Source: Spartobacteria bacterium (lineage in GTDB: Bacteria; Verrucomicrobiota; Kiritimatiellia; RZYC01). From it: 28,442 nucleotides of DNA. Under the pieces are notes generated by a model that saw only the letters and a list, made by a program, of their open reading frames with translations, ran no database searches and was not told the DNA's origin. Both the position numbers and the translations under genes were made by a program. The DNA is taken from the NCBI GenBank assembly GCA_009929845.1, contig RZZM01000020.1:1-28442 (forward strand), read 5' to 3'. Shown here in pieces: positions 21,069 through 28,442 of the stretch (the stretch's first letter is position 1; each line of letters opens with the position of its first letter).

Positions 21069-24000
21069 ATGGCTGAGCAATCAAAAAAGAATCCTGAACA
21101 GGCGATTGATACGCCGGAGCATGAAAAAACACAATTGGATGCGGGCGCGTATGAGATTATTCGCAAACGCCTGGCCGGGCATGGCCAGGCGCTGGGGGCG
21201 CGCCTGGAGCAACTCGACGCGGAGCGCAAACGGGTTTTCGGGTCCATTGAGACCAGCCTGGTCAACACGGTAAAAATCCCAACCGAGAACAACTGCATCC
21301 CCCGCGACATGATGGCCCTGGGGGAGGTGGTGCTCTTCGGCTACAATGTGCATATCGGATTGCGCAGCGAGGTCTACCTGAATGATGTTTTCGCGGTGTA
21401 CACCTTCGCGGATAACGCCTTCCAGTCGCGTTCGCTGGACGTGATTGCCGATGAGCGCTTCGAGGCCGATTTCAAGGACCTCTATCGCTACTACAAGAAA
21501 ACGCGGTTCGCGAAATTTGCGCGCATAGGCGCGTACATGTACATGGTATTCCAGATTGGCAGCGACGATCGGGATATTAAGGCGTTCAAGTGGCATGTCG
21601 ATGACGCCGGGACGCTGACCTATGTGGACAACCGGTCTGACCACGAGGTGAAATTTCCGCCGCAACACGAGTTTACCTGGGTGCGCACCCACCGGGATAT
21701 GCAGCGCGACGGGGTGAATCCGCATGTCTCCATCAATGATGTGATTTTCGTGGAAACCGTCGGCGGCGACCTCACCGTCAAGATTGAGGACAACACCGAC
21801 ACCGGCGAAGGCATCTACAGCGAGCCCGTGGATGATCCGGACCAGGTGCTGGATGACGCGGATATTTTTTATGCTGACCTGGGCAGTTTGATTCTGCTGA
21901 AGATACGCCCTTATCAGGAGCAGCGCTACCGCTATCTCGTGTACAGCCGCAAGATGCAGCAGGTCACCCGCATCGATACCATCGAGGATTCCTGCGTGCT
22001 GCTGCCCAACGAACACGGCATTATCTTCTCCAATGGCTACTATCTCCAGAGCGGCGAGCACAAGGAATATGAAAGCGACCTGCTCAACATGCTCTTTGAA
22101 AAAAAGGTGGCCTCGCCCAACGGCGAGGATGTGCTGTATGTCTTTTACAACCAGGCCAGCGGAACCTATGAGCTGCTCTCGTATAATGTGATTCGCCAGC
22201 GCATCGAAACGCCTATGGTCTGCCACGGTTATTGCCTGTTCGACAACGGGAAACTGATCTATTTCAAGGCCGGGGACAATCCCGTCAAGACCCATACGGT
22301 CCAGATTTGGCAGACCCCGTACATCGAGGATGAGCACGAAATCAATGCCGACAAAAATTCGTATCTTTTCAAGATCGGCAACAGCGATATTGTTCGTTGC
22401 ATGGCCGCCTGCCGGGCGGTCATCAACCTGGCGAACCGCGAGGATTCCTACGAAAACCTGTACCTCGACCTGGTCAAGCAGACGACGGAGACGATGGATA
22501 CCTTCTTCTGGCTCGATCATGCGGAGGTTTTCAACCTCAAGGAATGCATGGTGGGCATCCATGACGCCGCCTCGGCGGCGATGGATGAATTCGAGAAGGT
22601 CCTGAACCTGAAAAAGAACAGCCGTGAGCAGGTCGCCGCCGTGGCCGAAAAATGCAAAAAGATATTGGCGGCCGCGCAGACGGCGCACTTCAAGGTGATT
22701 GATGAATTCGTCACCCTGTTGAGCGAAATGCGGACCCTTCGCGGCGAGATCATCGCGTTGCGGGATCTGCGGTACGTGGATGAGGCGCGCCTGGAAGAAC
22801 TTGAAGAGGCGGTCACTTCAGAAACCGAAAAGGTTGCGCGTCACTGCGTGGAATTTTTGCTTAAACCCGAGGCCCTTCATCCCTACCAGGAGCGCGTTGC
22901 GGAGATTCAGCAGCAGGTGGCCAAGGTCGGCAAAGTGGCCGACGCCAAAAAGATTGATGAAGCGGTGGCGTCCGCCGCCGGTGAGCTGGAAATGCTGATT
23001 GATGTGGTCAGCAACCTGAACATCGAAGATGCCACGCAGCGAACGGATATCATCGACGGGATTTCCGCCATTTTTTCCTCGTTGAACCGCGTGCGCAGCG
23101 CCCTCAAGAACCGCATGAAAGAGCTGGCCTCGGTGGAAGGCATTGCCGAATTTGCCTCGCGGGTCAAACTGCTGGACCAGGCGGTTATCAATTACCTGGA
23201 TGTATGCGATAGCGCCGATAAGTGCGAAGAATACCTGGGCAAGGTGATGCTCCAGCTCGAAGAACTGGAGGGGGCCTTTGCCGATTATGATGAATTTGTC
23301 GAACAGTTGGCCGAAAAACGCGAGGAGATCTACAACACGTTTGAAACGCGCCGCCTGAAGCTGGTGGAGGAGCGCAACCGCCGAACGGATACCCTCATGC
23401 GCAGCGCCGAGCGTATGCTCAAGGGCATCCGGACACGCGCGGAAGGCATGGACAGCAACGAGGCCATTCACGCCTATTTTGCGTCGGACCTGATGGTGGA
23501 CAAAGTGCGCAATGTCATCCGGCAGTTGACGGAACTCAATGACACGGTCAAGGCCGGGGATATCCAGGCCCAACTGAAGACGATCCGGGAAAACGCGGTT
23601 CGGCAGTTGAAGGATAAACAGGAACTCTTCCTGGACGGCCAGAATGTCATTGCCTTTGGCCGCCACCATTTCTCCGTCAACACACAGACGCTGGATTTGA
23701 CCACCGTACTGCGCGGCGAGGCGATGTACCTGCATCTGACCGGAACGGATTTCTTTGAAGAGATCACGGAGGACACCTTCCTGGCGACCCGCGACGCGTG
23801 GCGGCAGGATGTGGTTTCGGAAACCGCGGCGGTCTACCGGGGCGAATACCTGGCGTACCTTTTATTCCAGGCCGCGCAGGCGGTCGGCGCCGATCCGTCC
23901 CTGGCGGCGTTGGCGGCGTTTTCGGAGGAGGAGAGCCTGGCCTATGTGCGCGGGTACATGGGCCCACGATTCAGCGAGGGCTACATCAAGGGCGTGACGG

Positions 24001-26339
24001 ACGGGGACGCGGTGAAGATACTGCAGGCGGTCCTGTCCCTGCATACAAGCCTGGGGTTGCTGCGGTTCCGCGCGAAGGCCCGCGCCCTGGCCGTGGTGTT
24101 CTGGCGGCAATGCCCGGAGGACGGGGACAGACAACTGCTGCTGGGCAAGCTCTCGGGCTTCGGCAAACTGTTGCGTGTGTTCCCGGAGGAGCCGCGCCAA
24201 CGCGAGTATATTATCGAGCTGACCGAACGAATATCCGCCTTTGCAAAACGGTACAATACCCTGTTTGATGAGGAGGACGCGCGGGAAGCCGGCGAGTATC
24301 TTTTTGCGGTGCTGACCGGGGACGGACAGCATCCAGTCAGCCGGGAAGCCGCCGATATCCATACGGGCTTCATCGGCATGCTGAAAAAAGCGAATGCCGA
24401 AAAGGAATTTCGGCAGGCCCGCGAAGAGGTGGCCGACGATCCATGTTCAGCCTACTCGGTCATTCGTGACTGGGTGGAGGCCTTTTTGAACCAGGATGCC
24501 GGGGCGTGCGACCCGGGGTATCGCGATGAAGCGGCCGCCCTGTTTTTTTCCGGTGACTATGATGTCAAGCGGGTGATTGATGTGCCCGCCCGGCGCGACC
24601 TGGCGGATATGGCCGGGGAACACCCCCTGATCGCAAAGGGGCTTTACGTGTTCAACTATCATGATTTCATGAGGCGGTTGCATCATCATCAGACCGTCGT
24701 TGTGCCGATGTACGAACAATACCAGGACATGAAGAAGGCCTGGCTCGTGCGTGAACGCGAGGCCATGCGACTGGCTGAATTCATGCCGCGGGTGTTGACC
24801 TCCTTTGTGCGCAACCAGTTGTTGGACCGGGTCTATCTTCCGTTGGTGGGGGACAATCTGGCCAAACAGATTGGCGTGGTCGGCGAGGAAACCCGAACCG
24901 ATCGTATGGGGCTGCTCATGCTGATTTCACCGCCGGGCTACGGCAAAACAACACTGATGGAATATATCGCCAACCGGCTGGGGCTGGTCTTCATGAAAAT
25001 CAACGGTCCGGCCATCGGATGCCATGTGACCTCCCTGGATCCGGAGGAAGCGCCAAATGCCGCCGCGCGCGAGGAATTGAAGAAGCTGAACCTGTCCCTT
25101 GAGATGGGGGATAACGTGATGCTGTATGTCGATGATATCCAGCATTGCAATCCGGAGTTTTTGCAGAAATTTATTTCGTTGTGCGACGCACAGCGGAAGA
25201 TCGAGGGCGTGTACAAGGGCCGTTCCAGCACCTATGACCTGCGCGGGAAGACTGTGGCCGTGGTGATGGCCGGCAACCCTTACACGGAGAGCGGCGAAAT
25301 GTTCAAGGTCCCGGACATGCTGGCCAACCGCGCCGACACCTACAACCTGGGCGATATCATCGGCGACAATGCGGACGCCTTCAAGCTCAGCTACATTGAA
25401 AATGCGCTGACCTCTAATCCGGTGACCAACCGCCTGGCGGCCCGCAGCCGGGATGACATCTACGCCATGATCCGGCTGGCGGAAACCGGGTCCAGGGAAG
25501 GCATCGATTTCGAGGGCAATTATACCGTCGAGGAAACCAACGAGTATGCCTCCGTCATCAAAAAGATATTGCGCATACGCGATGTCGTGCTGACCATGAA
25601 CATGGCCTATATCCATTCCGCCGCTCAGGCGGATGAATTCAGGACGGAGCCGGCGTTCAAACTGCAGGGGTCCTACCGCAACATGAACCGCATGGCCGAA
25701 AAGGTGCAGGCCATCATGAATGACCGTGAACTTGAAACCATGATCTTTTCGCACTATGAAAATGAAGCGCAAACCCTGACCACCGGCGCGGAAGCGAATC
25801 TACTGAAATTCAAAGAGCTGTTGAATATCATGAGCGAGGAGGAAAAGGCCCGCTGGGCGGATATCAAGCGCACCTTTGGACGCAACCAGTTATTCCGCGG
25901 TGTGGAAGGGGACGACAAACTCGGGCAGGTCATTGTGCAGTTGAGCACCTTCCGCGAAGGACTGGAGGATATCGGCAAAGCCCTCTCCGGGTTGGCCGAA
26001 CCGCGCAAGGGCATTACTTCGCTGGATGGGGTGGTCGAAACGCGGCTGGCGCCCGAAACCCTCCAGGCGTTGTCATCCGCATTCGGCGGCCTTAGGGAGT
26101 CTGTCGCCGGGATGAAAGAGGAACTGTCGCGAGCCGCGGAGCAAAAACCGGGCATTGATCCGGAACTCATAAAAATGCTCGAACAACAATTTTCCCGGAT
26201 GCAGGGATGGCTGGACCCCAAGGAAGTCGCCCTGAAAGGCACGATTGAGGAAGTGGAAATACTGCGGCACCGCATGAAAGATGCCGCGGAGAACTATCAC
26301 TATCTGCTTGAGCAGCTTGGACGGGGCGGAGTACGCTAA
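21069..26339 (+). CDS. very large (1756 aa) multidomain protein with a single MoxR/AAA_5-like AAA+ ATPase module and long coiled coils
   Basis: Walker A LISPPGYGKTT (about nt 24930-24953). Walker B VMLYVDDIQH (about nt 25116-25145). Sensor-1 and downstream motif VAVVMAGNPYTESGEMFKVPDMLANRAD resemble the MoxR/AAA_5 pattern NP...G...LPxAxxDRF. The N-terminal roughly 470 aa is beta-rich with unknown fold. aa about 480-1000 is predicted coiled coil. No TM segments. Confidence 0.8.
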   Translation: MAEQSKKNPEQAIDTPEHEKTQLDAGAYEIIRKRLAGHGQALGARLEQLDAERKRVFGSIETSLVNTVKIPTENNCIPRDMMALGEVVLFGYNVHIGLRSEVYLNDVFAVYTFADNAFQSRSLDVIADERFEADFKDLYRYYKKTRFAKFARIGAYMYMVFQIGSDDRDIKAFKWHVDDAGTLTYVDNRSDHEVKFPPQHEFTWVRTHRDMQRDGVNPHVSINDVIFVETVGGDLTVKIEDNTDTGEGIYSEPVDDPDQVLDDADIFYADLGSLILLKIRPYQEQRYRYLVYSRKMQQVTRIDTIEDSCVLLPNEHGIIFSNGYYLQSGEHKEYESDLLNMLFEKKVASPNGEDVLYVFYNQASGTYELLSYNVIRQRIETPMVCHGYCLFDNGKLIYFKAGDNPVKTHTVQIWQTPYIEDEHEINADKNSYLFKIGNSDIVRCMAACRAVINLANREDSYENLYLDLVKQTTETMDTFFWLDHAEVFNLKECMVGIHDAASAAMDEFEKVLNLKKNSREQVAAVAEKCKKILAAAQTAHFKVIDEFVTLLSEMRTLRGEIIALRDLRYVDEARLEELEEAVTSETEKVARHCVEFLLKPEALHPYQERVAEIQQQVAKVGKVADAKKIDEAVASAAGELEMLIDVVSNLNIEDATQRTDIIDGISAIFSSLNRVRSALKNRMKELASVEGIAEFASRVKLLDQAVINYLDVCDSADKCEEYLGKVMLQLEELEGAFADYDEFVEQLAEKREEIYNTFETRRLKLVEERNRRTDTLMRSAERMLKGIRTRAEGMDSNEAIHAYFASDLMVDKVRNVIRQLTELNDTVKAGDIQAQLKTIRENAVRQLKDKQELFLDGQNVIAFGRHHFSVNTQTLDLTTVLRGEAMYLHLTGTDFFEEITEDTFLATRDAWRQDVVSETAAVYRGEYLAYLLFQAAQAVGADPSLAALAAFSEEESLAYVRGYMGPRFSEGYIKGVTDGDAVKILQAVLSLHTSLGLLRFRAKARALAVVFWRQCPEDGDRQLLLGKLSGFGKLLRVFPEEPRQREYIIELTERISAFAKRYNTLFDEEDAREAGEYLFAVLTGDGQHPVSREAADIHTGFIGMLKKANAEKEFRQAREEVADDPCSAYSVIRDWVEAFLNQDAGACDPGYRDEAAALFFSGDYDVKRVIDVPARRDLADMAGEHPLIAKGLYVFNYHDFMRRLHHHQTVVVPMYEQYQDMKKAWLVREREAMRLAEFMPRVLTSFVRNQLLDRVYLPLVGDNLAKQIGVVGEETRTDRMGLLMLISPPGYGKTTLMEYIANRLGLVFMKINGPAIGCHVTSLDPEEAPNAAAREELKKLNLSLEMGDNVMLYVDDIQHCNPEFLQKFISLCDAQRKIEGVYKGRSSTYDLRGKTVAVVMAGNPYTESGEMFKVPDMLANRADTYNLGDIIGDNADAFKLSYIENALTSNPVTNRLAARSRDDIYAMIRLAETGSREGIDFEGNYTVEETNEYASVIKKILRIRDVVLTMNMAYIHSAAQADEFRTEPAFKLQGSYRNMNRMAEKVQAIMNDRELETMIFSHYENEAQTLTTGAEANLLKFKELLNIMSEEEKARWADIKRTFGRNQLFRGVEGDDKLGQVIVQLSTFREGLEDIGKALSGLAEPRKGITSLDGVVETRLAPETLQALSSAFGGLRESVAGMKEELSRAAEQKPGIDPELIKMLEQQFSRMQGWLDPKEVALKGTIEEVEILRHRMKDAAENYHYLLEQLGRGGVR

Positions 26340-26369
26340 CAAATCCAGCATTCCTTACCTCAAGCGGTT

Positions 26370-26425
26370 AAGAGGCTCGTTGTTCAGGCTTCAGCCTGCC
26401 GCGCACGGCGAGCCGCGCATGTTTC
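26370..26425 (+). repeat. repeat family copy A (about 56 nt, direct)
   Basis: aagaggctcgttgttcaggcttcagcctgccgcgcacggcgagccgcgcatgtttc. It contains a palindromic core caggcttcagcctg. Confidence 0.8.
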
Positions 26426-26584
26426 ACGCTGAAAATGCCGAAAAACGTCCGATTTTCAGTAAAAAATGCCGAAATTTTTCCGAAAATGGCCCATTTTTGC
26501 GCTAAAAACAGTAAAAATTGCCGTTTTTGGCCTATTTTTGTTGGATTTTTGTCGTTTTGCACTGTTGCGCGCACGCGTACTCGG

Positions 26585-26627
26585 CATGTGGCTCGCCGCG
26601 CGTGGCAGGCTGAAGCCTGAACAACGA
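26585..26627 (-). repeat. repeat family copy B (inverted, partial)
   Basis: catgtggctcgccgcgcgtggcaggctgaagcctgaacaacga is an approximate reverse complement of copy A, with a 24-nt exact core ggcaggctgaagcctgaacaacga. Confidence 0.7.
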
Positions 26628-26721
26628 ACGGGCAGGCTGACGCCTGGACAAGACATCGTTTCGCCGGGTTGTGACCGTGGTGAAATCCGTTGGTTATCCT
26701 ATCCGTCCGGAGGCTATTCGG

Positions 26722-26777
26722 AAGAGGCTCGTTGTACAGGCTTCAGCCTGCAGCGCACGGCGAGCCGCGCATGTTTC
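26722..26777 (+). repeat. repeat family copy C (about 56 nt, direct, about 95 percent identical to A)
   Basis: aagaggctcgttgtacaggcttcagcctgcagcgcacggcgagccgcgcatgtttc. Like copy A, it is followed by an AT-rich stretch rich in gccgaaaa and ccgaaaat words. Confidence 0.8.
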
Positions 26778-27046
26778 GTGAAAAAAACGCCGGAAAACGG
26801 CCGATTTCTGTTACAAATGCCCAAAAATTTGCCGAAAATTCGGCTATTTTGATCAAAAACGCCAATTTTTTCGTTTTTTCTGTGTTTGAACGGCGATTTT
26901 CTCGTTCTCTGTCCCCGTTCCTTGCGCTCCTGAATTTTTTTGTTTTAGCGCATATTTTCTTCCATACCCCGGGGTTAAAGATGTTAGCCCAGGGTTGACG
27001 CGACAAGCGCCTACCCTGGGTCCCGGATCACCCACGAGTACATCAA

Positions 27047-27126
27047 CCCCAACGTGGGTTGAAGATGCCCTCGCACACAGGCGCCGCACAGGGCATTTCA
27101 CACGCAGGCATCTTCAACCGTTGGGG
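27047..27126. other. long imperfect stem-loop (about 21-bp stem, 2-nt bulge, 37-nt loop)
   Basis: ccccaacgtgggttgaagatgcc ... ggcatcttcaaccgttgggg. Confidence 0.6.
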
Positions 27127-27135
27127 TAGGTGGTA

Positions 27136-27170
27136 GATTTCTTTACCACCCGCTTCGCTGGACTCCAGCG
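27136..27170. other. perfect 17-bp GC-rich hairpin
   Basis: ccacccgcttcgctgga c tccagcgaagcgggtgg. No clear U-tract follows on either strand. Confidence 0.7.
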
Positions 27171-27261
27171 AAGCGGGTGGTTGAATTCCGCGGAGCCTTT
27201 GTATGAATGGAGATATGACTCGATAAAAATCTCGCCTCCAGGAGTACATGTTGCGCGGTAA

Positions 27262-27297
27262 ATCTGGAGGGCGGCTACTTCGTAGAGCCCTCCAGAT
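27262..27297. other. two-tier hairpin with an inner CUAC-UUCG-GUAG tetraloop stem
   Basis: atctggaggg cgg ctac ttcg gtag ag ccctccagat. Confidence 0.6.
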
Positions 27298-27338
27298 TCG
27301 CCACGCGACAAGTAACATTAGTATCAGCGAAAACCCGC

Positions 27339-27397
27339 TCAAACCAACAGCCTAACCACCTACCACCTAACCACCTAACCACCTACCACCTAACCAT
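27339..27397. repeat. imperfect tandem array of CCTAACCA / CCTACCA units (about 7 units)
   Basis: aaccaacag cctaacca cctacca cctaacca cctaacca cctacca cctaacca tc. Confidence 0.85.
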
Positions 27398-27455
27398 CTG
27401 TGAAGTAGATTGATTCTGTTGTTTTTTATACATGGCGTTCAGGAGTTAGGTATGA

Positions 27456-28442
27456 TCACTCCGGGCCCATGGTCCTGACCTGATAGAATCGCAGGCCGGC
27501 ATTATCGACGCTGTCTGTATAGACGTTATCCGGCGGTGTGGCCACGATGTTGCTTTGCAGCGTTTCAAATCCCCAGGCAAGATTCGTGGACACGTAAATG
27601 TCATATTGCCGGTTACTCACGCTCGACCATTGGATTATAAATTCATCCCCGGCGTCCAGATACGGGGTGAAACAACGGAAACAGGAATCCCCGTCCGTCG
27701 GACTGGTGCCCGCCAGGTATTCACTATGGTCCGAGGCGCCATCGCCATCCCAGTCGCCGTGCGCCGAGAGGGTGACCAGACTCGAGAAATAGCGGCGTTC
27801 CCATTCATCGGGAATGCCGTCGCCATCCGAATCAAGCAGTGGCAGGGCGACGTTAAGTCCGTCCAGATTCACAAAGTTGAATTCATAGTTACCACTGGCC
27901 TCAAGGGTGCCCGAGGCCGCCGCGCCCAGGTAATTGCCGGAGATGTAACGGTCCTGGCCGTTGGTACTCGAGTTGACGATCAAACCTGAAAGCGCGCAGT
28001 TGGTAATGTCGGCAATGCCGTTGGTGGCATAGATGGCCGACCACGGGATGGCGGCTTCCCAACGGTTGACGAGCCGGTCCCCGTCCAGGTCGGCGCTCCC
28101 GGTGGCCGCCGTGCCTGAGCCGTCGAACTGAGACAGGCGGGCGTTCGTGACGGCCTCGAAGTTGGCATGCATGCCCTGCGAGACGTAGAAGATGCCCTGG
28201 CCGAAGTCGTAGCCGTCGCCCAGCTCGAAATTCGGATAGTGGCCGTCGCCCCATTCATCCCCAAGGACAATGGCCATGCAAATCTTCGGCGAAAAACTCA
28301 CATTATGCAGGTACTCCAGTCCCTGTGGATTTCCGGATACATTCCACAGGTTTTCCTGGGCGGCCCAATCAGGATAGGTATTGGCATGCAGGAAAATGAT
28401 CATGGCGTTATTGCTGCCGACCATGTCGCAGCCGTTGGCCCC
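27456..28442 (-). CDS. 3' portion of a gene for a secreted protein with calcium-binding DxDxDG (thrombospondin-type-3-like) repeats; 5' end outside window
   Basis: The ORF is open to the window edge. Motifs DSDGDGIPDEWE and DWDGDGASDHSEYLAGTSPTDGD. Composition is Gly/Asn/Asp-rich. Stop at 27456-27458. Confidence 0.6.
   Translation of the reverse strand, partial: GANGCDMVGSNNAMIIFLHANTYPDWAAQENLWNVSGNPQGLEYLHNVSFSPKICMAIVLGDEWGDGHYPNFELGDGYDFGQGIFYVSQGMHANFEAVTNARLSQFDGSGTAATGSADLDGDRLVNRWEAAIPWSAIYATNGIADITNCALSGLIVNSSTNGQDRYISGNYLGAAASGTLEASGNYEFNFVNLDGLNVALPLLDSDGDGIPDEWERRYFSSLVTLSAHGDWDGDGASDHSEYLAGTSPTDGDSCFRCFTPYLDAGDEFIIQWSSVSNRQYDIYVSTNLAWGFETLQSNIVATPPDNVYTDSVDNAGLRFYQVRTMGPE

Noticed and set aside
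26370-26777. Possible CRISPR array, given repeated approximately 50-nt units.
   Set aside because: Only three copies are present and one is inverted. The spacing is irregular (about 215 and 137 bp). The intervening sequences are mutually similar rather than unique spacers, and no cas genes are present.
26281-27006. Several small ORFs on both strands, some repeating the peptide RLQPAAHGEPRMF.
   Set aside because: The repeated peptide simply mirrors the 56-nt nucleotide repeat. The ORFs overlap each other in a low-GC non-coding region without RBSs.
27136-27190. Perfect 17-bp hairpin as a bidirectional rho-independent terminator. Also, a tRNA T-arm-like GGTTGAATTCC just after it.
   Set aside because: No U-tract follows on either strand. 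The GGTTGAATTCC string is not flanked by sequence that can form acceptor, D or anticodon arms.
27339-27397. Resemblance of CCTAACC units to telomeric C-strand repeats.
   Set aside because: The units are irregular (8-mer and 7-mer mix), short, and embedded in a bacterial intergenic region. It is better described as a local microsatellite.

Overview
This is a high-GC bacterial chromosomal window with weak or variable Shine-Dalgarno use. The composition resembles the Planctomycetes-Verrucomicrobia-Chlamydiae (PVC) superphylum, but no phylum can be assigned from this sequence. Several low-GC patches look like accessory insertions.

Gene content in order:
- A hipBA toxin-antitoxin pair, minus strand, 228-1789.
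- A translationally coupled DUF2339 / DUF3999-like membrane protein pair, minus strand, 2006-5787.
- A 974-aa GLUG-repeat surface-protein-like gene, plus strand, 6093-9017.
- A low-GC patch, 9018-9936, carrying a small orphan ORF and a roughly 40-nt remnant copy of the GLUG gene.
- A 1501-aa hybrid sensor kinase, minus strand, 9937-14442.
- A divergent intergenic region containing 15 tandem heptanucleotide repeats, 14608-14712.
- An orphan gene for a CARF domain plus a Card1/Can2-like (DUF1887) region, 14791-15891. No cas genes or cyclase genes lie nearby.
- A co-directional six-gene cluster, 16133-26339: three tandem PspA/IM30 (ESCRT-III superfamily) paralogues, a NfeD-like membrane protein, a flotillin/SPFH protein, and a 1756-aa protein with a MoxR/AAA_5-like AAA+ ATPase module.
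- A 1.1-kb low-GC, highly structured non-coding region, 26340-27455, between convergent genes. It holds a MITE-like repeat family, three strong hairpins (one with a UUCG tetraloop) and a CCTAACCA tandem array.
- The 3' part of a secreted protein with calcium-binding DxDxDG repeats, minus strand, running off the window end.

The most unusual feature is the PspA x3 + NfeD + flotillin + giant AAA+ cluster with the orphan CARF effector just upstream. It may be an uncharacterised membrane-remodelling, membrane-repair or defence module.
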